Source of the DNA: Rhodospirillaceae bacterium
GTDB taxonomy: Bacteria; Pseudomonadota; Alphaproteobacteria; SMXQ01
Assembly: GCA_947474495.1 (NCBI GenBank)
Contig: CANJIM010000005.1
Coordinates: forward strand, 27-64,026
Length of the DNA: 64,000 bases
Reading direction: 5' to 3'
The position numbers and the translations under genes are program-made. Shown here in pieces: positions 9,224 through 18,026 of the stretch. The stretch's first letter is position 1. Each line of letters starts with the position of its first letter. The notes under the pieces are model-generated. The model was not told the DNA's origin, searched no databases, and saw nothing but the letters and a program-made list of their open reading frames with translations.

Positions 9224-9877
9224 ATGGACAAGAACGTCGAACGGGCCGCCAAGCTCGACACCGCCACGATCTCCGATGCGCTCGACCGCCTCGGTATCGT
9301 CGGCCAGTGCTATCTCATCAAGCCGCGCGATTCGAGTTTCCGCCTCGCCGGTCGCGCGTTCACCATCAAATACGGCCCGTCGCAGACGCCGTCCGGCACG
9401 GTGGGCGACTTTATCGACGACGTGCCGGAAGGCAGCGTCATCGTGCTCGACAACGGCGGACGCGACGACGTCACCGTGTGGGGTGACATCCTTACCGAAA
9501 TCGCCCATCGCCGAAAGATTGCCGGCACGGTCATCGATGGTATCTGTCGCGACGTCGCCCTCTGCATGAAGCTCGGCTATCCGGTCTATGCCAAGGATCA
9601 TTGGATGCGCACCGGCAAGGACCGCGTGCAGGTCGAAGGCACTAACGTCACCGTCACCATCGGCCGCGCCCGCGTCGCGCCGGGCGACCTGCTGCGCGGC
9701 GATGCCGACGGCGTGCTGGTGATTCCCAAGGAGCATGAAGAGAAGGTGCTGGCGGCCGCCGAGGAGATCGAGGCTGCCGAGGAAAAAATCCGCGCGGCGA
9801 TCCGCGGCGGCATGCGGCTCGACGAGGCCCGCAAGGTCAACAAGTACCATTCCCTGCAAACGCGCGAGAAGGCCTGA
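9224..9877 (+). CDS. RraA-fold protein, paralogue 2
   Basis: LDTATISDALDRLG ... VWGDILTEIAHRRKIAGTVIDGICRDV. Starts 13 nt after paralogue 1. Confidence 0.8.
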   Translation: MDKNVERAAKLDTATISDALDRLGIVGQCYLIKPRDSSFRLAGRAFTIKYGPSQTPSGTVGDFIDDVPEGSVIVLDNGGRDDVTVWGDILTEIAHRRKIAGTVIDGICRDVALCMKLGYPVYAKDHWMRTGKDRVQVEGTNVTVTIGRARVAPGDLLRGDADGVLVIPKEHEEKVLAAAEEIEAAEEKIRAAIRGGMRLDEARKVNKYHSLQTREKA

Positions 9878-9880
9878 ACC

Positions 9881-10546
9881 ATGCCCCTGAAAACAGTCGG
9901 CCCGACCGAAATCCTCGACTTCGAGCGTGTGGCCCCGGAGCTGGTCGCCAAGGCGGCTAAATTCGGCACCGCCACCTTGCATGAGGCGGCCGGCAAGATC
10001 GGCGCGCTGCCGTCGGCGATCAAGCCGATGGGCGCAGGTTTTCGCCTGTGCGGCCCGGCCTTCACCGTGCACGGCCCAGGCACCGACAATCTCTGGCTAC
10101 ACAGGGCCATCGCCGCGGCCAAGCCGGGCGACGTGCTGGTCGCCTATGTCAGCGGCGTCTATGAGGCGGGCTATTGGGGCGAGATCATGTCGACCGGTGC
10201 GCTGGCAGCCAAGCTCGGCGGTTTGGTGATCGACGGCTGCGTGCGCGACGGCGATCTGCTGCCGGGTCTCGGCTTTCCGGTCTTCGCGCGCGGCCTCTGC
10301 ATGCGCGGCACCGGCAAGGACTTCGGCGCCACGGGCTGGCTCAACGCGCCAGTGATGATGGGCGATATCATCGTGAAGCCGGGCGATCTTGTCGCCGGCG
10401 ACATCGACGGCGTCGTCGCCATCCCGCGCGCCCGCGTCGCCGACGTGATCGTAGCCTCGCGCGAACGCGAAGAGAAAGAGGCCGAGATCATGAAACAGCT
10501 GCGCCATGGCGCGAACACGCTCGATCTCTATGGCTGGAACCGCTGA
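9881..10546 (+). CDS. RraA-fold protein, paralogue 3
   Basis: FGTATLHEAAGKIG ... YWGEIMSTGALAAKLGGLVIDGCVRDGD. Starts 3 nt after paralogue 2. Confidence 0.8.
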   Translation: MPLKTVGPTEILDFERVAPELVAKAAKFGTATLHEAAGKIGALPSAIKPMGAGFRLCGPAFTVHGPGTDNLWLHRAIAAAKPGDVLVAYVSGVYEAGYWGEIMSTGALAAKLGGLVIDGCVRDGDLLPGLGFPVFARGLCMRGTGKDFGATGWLNAPVMMGDIIVKPGDLVAGDIDGVVAIPRARVADVIVASREREEKEAEIMKQLRHGANTLDLYGWNR

Positions 10547-10567
10547 TTGTATCTGCGGGCGTAAAAG

Positions 10568-10610
10568 AAACGGCGGGTTCTCCGAAAGGAAAACCCGCCG
10601 ATTTCGTTTT
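10568..10610. terminator. Bidirectional rho-independent terminator between convergent genes
   Basis: AAACGGCGGGTT-ctccgaaaggaa-AACCCGCCGATTTCGTTTT. An A-run lies upstream and a T-run downstream. Confidence 0.7.
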
Positions 10611-10627
10611 AGGCTAGATCGACCGAC

Positions 10628-11656
10628 CTACTCTGTGATCGCTTTGGCCTTCAGCACGGCGGCCGGCGGCGCGGCGTAGATCTGGTTGAGCAGGGTGATC
10701 ACTTCATCGCCTGTCATTGGATCAACCGGCAGCTGGGCCTTTTCGCCGTCGGCGATGAAGGCCTTGTCCGTCATCGTCTCGTCGAACGCTTTACGCAGGA
10801 TCGCCAGAACGTTGGCGGGCACCTGCTTAGAGACGATGTAGGGACGGCCGATTTCGCCGGCGCCGTTCAGCACGTTGAGCACCGCGCGGTCCTCGTCCGT
10901 CTTGGCGACGTCGTTGGCCCACGGCACGTCCTTCGGCGCATCCGGCGGCAGTTCCTTGGAGAGCTTGAGGATCGGCGTGATCAGCTTGTTGTTGCGCCAA
11001 TCGTCGGGGATCGACGTCCAGGAGCCGCAGTCGCCGTCCAATTCGCCGCGCTCGACCGCGAGGCGCTGCTCGGGCGAGCCTGGGAAGCCGGTGATGATCT
11101 TCATGTCGACGTTGAAGACGCGCTGCAGCGTGCGCTGGTTGACCCAGTTGGCGGCGCCGACGCCGGTGGTGCCGAAATTCCAGCCCTTGGTCTTCTGGAA
11201 TTCCTCGAATGTCTTGATGCCTTTGCTGCCTTTGCCGGCCCACAGGTAGCAAACGCGCTGGTCGCGCGCGATGTTTCCGACCCAGGCGTAGTCGAGGAAG
11301 TTCAGGCGTCCGACCTTCTCGTCGAGCATACCCTGGGTGATGAGGCCGGGATTGAAGGCGGTGATCGCCGTGCCGTCTTTCGGCGCCGGACCATCGAGCC
11401 AGCGCACGGCGGTGAGCGAACCGGCACCCGGCATGTTCTCGACGATGACGTTCGGCTTGCCGGGCAGATGATTGCCGAAATGGCGCGACAACAGGCGGGC
11501 ATAGGTATCGTAGCCGCCGCCCGGCGTGAAGCCGACGACCAAGCGCACCGTCTTACCCTGGTAGTAAGGGGCTTGGGCAAGGGCGCTCGGCGCGGTCAGC
11601 GCGGCGGAGGCGAGAAGCGCGAGCGCGGCGGCGCCGGCACGGACGGAGGGCTTCAT
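10628..11656 (-). CDS. Bug-family (TctC-like tripartite tricarboxylate transporter) periplasmic binding protein 1
   Basis: ATG at 11656 with GGGAGA upstream. Signal peptide MKPSVRAGAAALALLASAALTAPSALA. Bug hallmarks are GGGYDTYARL...H.PGKP..IVENMPGAGS and GFPGSPEQRLAVERGELDG. Confidence 0.8.
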   Translation of the reverse strand: MKPSVRAGAAALALLASAALTAPSALAQAPYYQGKTVRLVVGFTPGGGYDTYARLLSRHFGNHLPGKPNVIVENMPGAGSLTAVRWLDGPAPKDGTAITAFNPGLITQGMLDEKVGRLNFLDYAWVGNIARDQRVCYLWAGKGSKGIKTFEEFQKTKGWNFGTTGVGAANWVNQRTLQRVFNVDMKIITGFPGSPEQRLAVERGELDGDCGSWTSIPDDWRNNKLITPILKLSKELPPDAPKDVPWANDVAKTDEDRAVLNVLNGAGEIGRPYIVSKQVPANVLAILRKAFDETMTDKAFIADGEKAQLPVDPMTGDEVITLLNQIYAAPPAAVLKAKAITE

Positions 11657-11913
11657 TATAAATGGTCTCCCTGTTGATACGACCCTGTGAAACGAATGTT
11701 TGCCGGCCATGCGTGAAGGTGCGGACCGTTGCAAAAGCTTACGCGGTAAGGCTGGAGGGCCTGGACTGAGCCGAAGAAAGCGGTAGCGCAGCAAATGTTA
11801 ATGCAAAGCCGCAGGCCCTGCCAATCATCATGATGACACCCTGGCGAGGCGCCACCCGATGGGGGAACGGCGTCTGGTCGCGGTTTAGACCGAAAGCGGT
11901 ATGGCCACGGCCT

Positions 11914-13857
11914 TCAGGCCGCGCCGCTCTTGACGCGGAGCGCCAAGTCGATCGTGCGGATCAGGTCGTTCTCGCTGAAAGGCTTAGCGAGCTTCAAGAT
12001 TTGACGGCTCGCCCCTGCTGGCAATTCGCCGTAGCCGGTGGCCAGGATGACCGGCAGGGTGGGGCAGTCGCGCACCGCCGCGTCGGCGAGTTCGACGCCG
12101 GTCATCTGCGGCATGGCTTGATCGGTGATGAGCAGATCGATGGCCGGAAGCTCGCGGATCCTCTCGAGGGCTTCGGGGCCGGATGAGGCCTGTAGGACTG
12201 TATGGCCGAGCTCCTCAAGCATCTCGACGGTATTCATGAGCACCAGGGCGTCGTCGTCCACCGCCACGATCACCAGCGGTCGCGCGGTGGCGGGTGTCGC
12301 CGCGCTGGCGACGGGCTTTTCCGCGACGGCGGGGGCTACCGCGGCGGGCATCCATAGCTCCGCAACGGTGCCTTCGCCCTTGAGGCTTCTCAACACCAGC
12401 TTGCCGCCCGATTGCTCCGCCAGACCATGAATCATCGGCAAGCCGAGTCCCGTGCCTTTACCGACGCCTTTCGTCGTGAAGAAGGGTTCGATGGCGTGAT
12501 TGAGCGTCTCCTCATCCATGCCTTCGCCACTGTCGGCGACGGCGAGGCAGACATAGCGTCCGGGCGCCAAGCCGGAGGGATGCCCCTCGGTGATGGTTTG
12601 CGCATGGGCCGTGATCATCAGCAGGCCGCCCTTCGGCATGGCATCGCGGGCGTTGAGCGCGAGATTGAGCACGGCCATTTCAATTTGATTGGCGTCGGCT
12701 TGCACCGCCTCCAGGTTCGGCGGGAAACGGGTGTCGATAAAGATTTCCGGCCCGAGCGAACGTTTCAAAAGCTCGCTCATGCTCAGGATCAGTTCGCTCA
12801 GATCGATCGGCTTGAGATTGAGCTCCTGGCGGCGGGCGAAGGCCAGCATGCGTTGCGTCAAGGATGCGCCGCGGCGGGCGGCGAGCATTGCGTTGTCGAT
12901 CAAAGGCGTGATGCGGGGGTCGTCGGCCATGCGTTTGCGCGCCAGCTCCAAGCTGCCAAGCACCGCCATCAGGAGATTGTTGAAATCATGGGCGACGCCG
13001 CCGGTGAGCTGGCCGATGGCCTCCATCTTTTGTGACTGAAATAACGCTTCCCGCGCCGCGTCCAGTTCTTGCTGAATCTTCAGCCTGTCGCTGATATCTC
13101 GGGTGATCTTGGCGTAACCGATATGCACGCCCTCTTGGTAGATAGGGTCGATGACGATATGGGCCCAGAAGCGCGTGCCATCTTTGCGCAGGCGCCAGCC
13201 TTCGTGTTCGAAGCGGCCTTCGGTGAGCGCGGTCTTCAAAGCGCGCTCCGGATTGCCTTTGGCGCGATCCTCTTCCGTGTAGAAACGCGAGAAATGCTGA
13301 CCGATGATTTCTTCAGGCGCATAGCCCTTGATGCGCTGGGCGCCCTGGTTCCAGTTCGTCACCGAGCCTTCAGGGCTGACGAAGTAGATGGCATAATCGG
13401 TGACGCCCTGCACGAGCAGGCGGAATTTCTCCTCGCTCTGTTTGAGTTCGTCGTCGCGTTTTTTGCGATCGGTCAGATCGCGGGTGATCTTGGCGAAGCC
13501 GAGCAGCTCTCCAGACGAGCTACGGATCGGATCGATGACCACATGGGTCCAAAAGCGGGTGCCGTCTTTGCGCAAGCGCCAGCCTTCGCATTCGAACTTG
13601 CCCTCCCGCAAGGAGGTCTCGAGCGCACGCTGCGGCAGGCCGGCGGCGCGATCTTCTTCGGTGTAAAAGCGCGAGAAATGCTGGCCGATGATCTCGGAGG
13701 CCGTATAGCCCTTGAAGCGTTGCGCGCCGGGGTTCCAGCTTGCCACGAAGCCTTCGGGACTGAGCATGTAGAGCGCGTAATCGTGAATGGCTTCGACGAG
13801 CAGCCGATAGCGGCTTTCGTCTGTCGGCGGCGCAGCGCGGTCAACGATCTGCTGCAT
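11914..13857 (-). CDS. Hybrid sensor histidine kinase (PAS-PAS-HisKA-HATPase-REC)
   Basis: Two highly similar PAS units (both contain IIGQHFSRFYTEEDRA and EGWRLRKDGTRFW). H-box GGVAHDFNNLL, G-boxes DSGEGMD and GTGLGLPMI. C-terminal receiver (VDDDALVL...LLITDQAMPQMTG). Confidence 0.85.
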   Translation of the reverse strand: MQQIVDRAAPPTDESRYRLLVEAIHDYALYMLSPEGFVASWNPGAQRFKGYTASEIIGQHFSRFYTEEDRAAGLPQRALETSLREGKFECEGWRLRKDGTRFWTHVVIDPIRSSSGELLGFAKITRDLTDRKKRDDELKQSEEKFRLLVQGVTDYAIYFVSPEGSVTNWNQGAQRIKGYAPEEIIGQHFSRFYTEEDRAKGNPERALKTALTEGRFEHEGWRLRKDGTRFWAHIVIDPIYQEGVHIGYAKITRDISDRLKIQQELDAAREALFQSQKMEAIGQLTGGVAHDFNNLLMAVLGSLELARKRMADDPRITPLIDNAMLAARRGASLTQRMLAFARRQELNLKPIDLSELILSMSELLKRSLGPEIFIDTRFPPNLEAVQADANQIEMAVLNLALNARDAMPKGGLLMITAHAQTITEGHPSGLAPGRYVCLAVADSGEGMDEETLNHAIEPFFTTKGVGKGTGLGLPMIHGLAEQSGGKLVLRSLKGEGTVAELWMPAAVAPAVAEKPVASAATPATARPLVIVAVDDDALVLMNTVEMLEELGHTVLQASSGPEALERIRELPAIDLLITDQAMPQMTGVELADAAVRDCPTLPVILATGYGELPAGASRQILKLAKPFSENDLIRTIDLALRVKSGAA

Positions 13858-13958
13858 GGTTGTTCAAGGCTTTCTCTGCGCCGGTCTCGTCCCCCAGGAA
13901 CGAGATTCACGGTAAAACGTATAGATAACGCGGGTGATTCGCAAAAGTTCCGGGCGGC

Positions 13959-14984
13959 TCAGGCGTTTCTAACGGTTTGCCGCTTGATCGCCAGGGAGAC
14001 CAATTGTTGCAGCAGGTCGGCATAAGAGGTGCCGTCATGGAGGGCCGATTGGGCGAATTCCTGGCTTTGGGCGATCTCGGGGTTGGGATTGGCCTCGAGG
14101 AAATAGGGCACCCCCTCGCTCGAAAGGCGGTAATCGATGCGGGCATAGCCATCGAGATCGAGAATGCGACAGATGCGCTTGGCGCTGCGAATGATGGCGG
14201 CGCGCAATTCGGGCGTCAGGTCTTCCGCCGGCCCCTGCATGATGAGGCGCTTTTCCTGATAGTCCGGGTCATGCTTGACGCGCTCGGTGGCGATCGGCCG
14301 CTGGCCTTTGGCGAGATTGTCGAAACGCAATTCCCAGATCGGCAGCACGCGCAGCCGCTGGTTCCCCATGACGCCGACGTAAAGCTCGCGGCCCTCGATA
14401 TATTCCTCGGCGATGGCGTCGGTGCCGATGCGCTCGTGAATGAGCCGCACCCGCTCGGCGAGCTTATCGTCGCTGTCGACCACGGACGCTTGGGCGATGC
14501 CGACGGAGGCGTCGTTGCTGACGCTTTTGACGATCAGCGGCATCTTGAGCTTGGCGGGCCGCTTGACGGCGCGGCCCTGTTTGAACACGGCGAAATTGGG
14601 CGCCGGGATGCGATGATAGCTCAGCAGCTTCTTCGAGATATCCTTGCCGCGCGCCAGCATCATGCCGCGCGGATTGCAGCCCGTGTAAGGGATGCGTAGC
14701 AGTTCGAGATAGCTGGCGACATTCTGGTCATAGGCGGTGTCGCCGTGGAATTCTTCCAGCAGGTTGAACACCGCGTCGGGTTTCCACTCTTCGATGGCGT
14801 CGCGGATGGGCTTCAGCTCATCCTGCACGCCGAGCGGCCGCACTTCATGGCCGGCTTTGCGCAGCGTGGTCACCACGTCATATTCGGTCTTCCAGACGTA
14901 GCTTTCTTGTTCGCTGTAGCCTTTGATCGAGTCCGGGGGGACGAGATCCGGATGCATCAGCACCAGGACGCGGAGCCGCTTCAT
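13959..14984 (-). CDS. ATP-grasp ligase, D-alanine--D-alanine ligase-like family
   Basis: MKRLRVLVLMHPDLVPPD...; ATP-grasp core PLIVKSVSNDASVGI, EEYIEGRELYVGVMG, GYARIDYRL...PYFLEANPNP. The ATG at 14984 overlaps the upstream stop (ATGA). An alternative ATG lies at 14996. Confidence 0.8.
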   Translation of the reverse strand: MKRLRVLVLMHPDLVPPDSIKGYSEQESYVWKTEYDVVTTLRKAGHEVRPLGVQDELKPIRDAIEEWKPDAVFNLLEEFHGDTAYDQNVASYLELLRIPYTGCNPRGMMLARGKDISKKLLSYHRIPAPNFAVFKQGRAVKRPAKLKMPLIVKSVSNDASVGIAQASVVDSDDKLAERVRLIHERIGTDAIAEEYIEGRELYVGVMGNQRLRVLPIWELRFDNLAKGQRPIATERVKHDPDYQEKRLIMQGPAEDLTPELRAAIIRSAKRICRILDLDGYARIDYRLSSEGVPYFLEANPNPEIAQSQEFAQSALHDGTSYADLLQQLVSLAIKRQTVRNA

Positions 14985-16009
14985 AATGCGTACCATTGCC
15001 TCCGTGACGGCCTATAGAGCGCGTGCACCGTCTGGGCCGTCACCAGAACAGTGAGATCGTTCAGCAGCTGTTTCTTCGAACCGGGCGCGCGCAAATTCAT
15101 CTCCCGGCAACGCAGGATCATATCGTCCAAAATCGAATCAAGGGTTAACTGATATTCCCCGGTCCATTTCGAAACCACCGGGCGCACGTCGGCGCGGTGT
15201 TCGCGGATGAAGCTGGAGGCCGCCTTAGCGCGGGCATGGCGCGGCGAATTGGAGAATAGCCGCAGCAAATCCTTGTCGTAGGCTTTGGAGGGATCGAGGA
15301 GGTAGGTCGCCTGCTTTTTCGCGTAATGCTGGGCCAACGTACGGGTGATCGAGCTTGCCGGGTCGACACGCAGTTTGTCGCGTTTCTTGGGCCGTTCCTC
15401 GCCGACCTCGGCCATCAACGCCTCGACATATTCGAGTTTCTTGAGCGCGCCCCAGCCGGCATAACGCTTACGCCAACCTGAGCGCGGCTTGAGCCAGACG
15501 GCGAATGTTTCGGCGAAGTCTTCGTCAGGATGGCTCTGCGCGTACCAGAGGCGCAGATGCTCGACGTAATTCTTGCTCGCCGGATTGGGACGGTAATAGT
15601 TCGGATATCGTTTCGAAGCCGGTCCAAACGTCTTTTGCCATTCGCGGCGGCGGTGCAGTTGATAGGCTGTGCGGATGGCGTGGCCGGACTCATGCCGCAG
15701 GATCTGCATGCATTCGGCGCGGGTGCCGCCTTCGACGTCGATGATCATCTTGCGCTCGAGGCGCATCAGGCGGGGATGCGCCAGATAGAACGGAATGGCG
15801 ATACCCGGCGTATTGTCCGGGCTGAACCATTCATCGGAGATCCAGGCGTGCGGCTTGAAGCGGCCGAGGCCGCGCGCGGCCAATTCGTCGTGCAATTCCT
15901 GCAGGCAGTCTTCAAGCCAGGTGCCCTCAAGCGTGACCTTGAGGTCCTTGATGCGCAGTTGCAGTAATTGGCTTTCGGGCAAGGCAGCCCAGGGAAACCG
16001 GCGCGCCAT
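14981..16009 (-). CDS. Putative zinc metallopeptidase (HExxH) partnered with the ATP-grasp gene
   Basis: ATG at 16009 (MARRFPWAALPES). HESGH motif in CMQILRHESGHAIR, with the downstream acidic segment HPDEDFAETFAVW. The 153 aa upstream in ORF 14981-16468 are Pro/Ser/Arg-rich and overlap dps in antisense. Confidence 0.7.
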   Translation of the reverse strand: MARRFPWAALPESQLLQLRIKDLKVTLEGTWLEDCLQELHDELAARGLGRFKPHAWISDEWFSPDNTPGIAIPFYLAHPRLMRLERKMIIDVEGGTRAECMQILRHESGHAIRTAYQLHRRREWQKTFGPASKRYPNYYRPNPASKNYVEHLRLWYAQSHPDEDFAETFAVWLKPRSGWRKRYAGWGALKKLEYVEALMAEVGEERPKKRDKLRVDPASSITRTLAQHYAKKQATYLLDPSKAYDKDLLRLFSNSPRHARAKAASSFIREHRADVRPVVSKWTGEYQLTLDSILDDMILRCREMNLRAPGSKKQLLNDLTVLVTAQTVHALYRPSRRQWYAL

Positions 16010-16136
16010 AAAATATACGATCCGCGGCTGAGGAGGCGTTCTCGCAACGCCTCGAAGACGGCAAGGTAGCGGTCTTGCCGCGGAGGGTAAAGCGCCGGGG
16101 GACGGAGAGCGGGCCCCCCATCCCCAGCGGTCGGGC

Positions 16137-16616
16137 TCAGTCCGGCGAGAGGTTCGATTCCACCAGCCACAGCTGCTGGTCGATGCCGCGCGACATTTCG
16201 GTGAAGAGGTCAGCACTATCGAGGTCGCCGAAGTCGGTCGCCAGCGTGATGGCTTCACGCGCCGCTTCGCCGAAGGCGGCAAGGGCTTCGGAAACGGCGA
16301 ACAGATGCTTCTTGGTGTCGGCGATGCCGAGCGCATAGGGCACCAGATATGAGCGCTGGGCGGCGATCTGGATGGTCCCCTGGGCGGTGCCGCCGAGCGC
16401 GCCGGCCCGTTCGGCCAACATGTCGGAATAGTTTTCGACCTCGGTGGAGACCCGGTCGAACAGTTCATGGACGGCGATGAAGCCGGGGCCGCGCACGTTC
16501 CAGTGGGCTTGCTGGACTTGGCCGTGTAGGTCGATGGCGGCCGCGAGATGCTTGTTCAAAAGTTCGATCGCCTGAGCCCGAACGTTTTCGGACAGGGTGT
16601 TGTGATTGTGCTGCAT
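16137..16616 (-). CDS. dps: Dps (DNA starvation/stationary-phase protection, ferritin-like) protein
   Basis: MQHNHNTLSENVRAQAIELLNKHLAAAIDLHGQVQQAHWNVRGPGFIAVHELFD. This is the Dps ferroxidase-site H...H-E-x2-D pattern. 159 aa. Confidence 0.9.
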   Translation of the reverse strand: MQHNHNTLSENVRAQAIELLNKHLAAAIDLHGQVQQAHWNVRGPGFIAVHELFDRVSTEVENYSDMLAERAGALGGTAQGTIQIAAQRSYLVPYALGIADTKKHLFAVSEALAAFGEAAREAITLATDFGDLDSADLFTEMSRGIDQQLWLVESNLSPD

Positions 16617-16704
16617 GGGGGGAGGCTCCAGAAAAGGGTGACGGATGCCGGACCGCACTGCACTCCTGCCGGGGTTCCTTGTCAATTGCTGTGAAAATTA
16701 TCGC

Positions 16705-16742
16705 GCAAAAAGAAAGGGGCGCCCGTCAGGAACGGGCGCCCC
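16705..16742 (-). terminator. Rho-independent terminator downstream of Bug gene 2
   Basis: On the minus strand: GGGGCGCCCGT-tcctg-ACGGGCGCCCC followed by TTTCTTTTT. Confidence 0.7.
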
Positions 16743-16764
16743 ACAAATACGTGCTACGTAAGAA

Positions 16765-17844
16765 TCAGTTCGGCGTGCCGCGGTCGGGCAGCACCGCCTT
16801 CACCTTGTCCTTGAGATTCTGCGGCGCGCTCATCACGTCGTCGATGATCTTCTGGAGGGTGGCGCCATCCATCGGATTGATCTCGGCGTTCATCTTCTGC
16901 GCATCGGCGAGGAATTGCGGATCGGTCAAGGTCGCATCAAACGCCTTACGCAACGCCGCAACCCGCTCGGCAGGCACGCCTGGCGTGGTGCCGATCGGAC
17001 GGCCGACGGCGAAGGCGGAGCAGATGAAGCTGAGAACGGCCTTGTCGTTTTCGTTGGTGGCGAGCTCGCTGAGCAGCGGCACGGTGGGCAGGTCCTTTTC
17101 CTTGCGCACGCCGACTTGGGCGAGGATCGAGATCTGCTTGTCGCGCACCAGCTGCGGCGACGCCGACATCAAAGCCGAATAGGGATTGGCGCCGAAGCCG
17201 TTCACTTCCTGGCGTTCCATTGCGAGCTTCACTTCGGTGCCGCTCTTGTAGCCGTTGATGACTTTGAATTTCGTGCCGAGCACGTTGTTGTAGACGATCG
17301 GGATCCACGACGATGTATCGCCGGCGCCCGTGCCGCCCATCGTCGTCTCGTACTTCTTGGCGTCTTCCATCGTCTTGACCGGCGAGGTGTGCCACACGTA
17401 GGAGAGCACGTTCGAATCGCCGATATTGCCGATCCAGCCGAACGTGCGCAGGTCGGCCTTGAAGGTCGGTGTAAAGCCGAGCGATTGATCCATCGGCAGG
17501 GCCTGGCCGATCATGGTCAGATGCGTGCCGTCCTTCGGCGCGATCTCGCCCATGTAGTTGACGGCCTGCAAGCCGCCAGCGCCGGGCATGTTCTGCGGCA
17601 GCATCGAGGGATTGCCGGGGATGTGCTTGACGATGTGGTTGCCGATCAGCCGTGAATAGGTGTCGAAGCCGCCACCGGGCGCGGAGCGGATGATGAATTT
17701 CATCTGCTTGCCCTTGTAGAAGTCCTCGACCGACTGTTGGGCCTGAACGTTCGATACGCCGGCAACGAGGGCGAGCGCGGCGAGCATGGACAGGCGGGCG
17801 GCTTTAGCGACGGCAGGCTTGGTGGCGGGGGTGTGGGCGATCAC
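16765..17844 (-). CDS. Bug-family periplasmic binding protein 2
   Basis: GTG start with AAGGAGA 6 nt upstream. The signal peptide ends in VQAQQ. Mature N-terminus SVEDFYKGKQMKFIIRSAPGGGFDTYSRL; C-terminus KDKVKAVLPDRGTPN. Confidence 0.85.
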   Translation of the reverse strand: MIAHTPATKPAVAKAARLSMLAALALVAGVSNVQAQQSVEDFYKGKQMKFIIRSAPGGGFDTYSRLIGNHIVKHIPGNPSMLPQNMPGAGGLQAVNYMGEIAPKDGTHLTMIGQALPMDQSLGFTPTFKADLRTFGWIGNIGDSNVLSYVWHTSPVKTMEDAKKYETTMGGTGAGDTSSWIPIVYNNVLGTKFKVINGYKSGTEVKLAMERQEVNGFGANPYSALMSASPQLVRDKQISILAQVGVRKEKDLPTVPLLSELATNENDKAVLSFICSAFAVGRPIGTTPGVPAERVAALRKAFDATLTDPQFLADAQKMNAEINPMDGATLQKIIDDVMSAPQNLKDKVKAVLPDRGTPN

Positions 17845-18026
17845 GTAGCGTCTCCTTGTGGCGGCGGCGATCCGGCAAGCGCGTCATCTGCGCGAGCCGT
17901 GCCGCTGTGAATATGTCCGGCCGGTACTGTGGCCCGATTCGGGAATTTCTTCAAATATGCATGGGCCATGCCAAAGGGGGCGCCTGACGCACGGCCTCAC
18001 GATTGCCCGCCCAAAGGCCGGTTCTG

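Noticed and set aside
16010-16468. N-terminal 153-aa extension of ORF 14981-16468, which would make a 495-aa peptidase overlapping dps
   Set aside because: The extension is Pro/Ser/Arg-rich and runs antisense through the dps coding region. The internal ATG at 16009 gives a clean start (MARRFPW...). Similar upstream extensions were trimmed for the ORFs starting at 784, 1064, 3369, 11794, 16685, 19247, 36013, 42133 and 53162.
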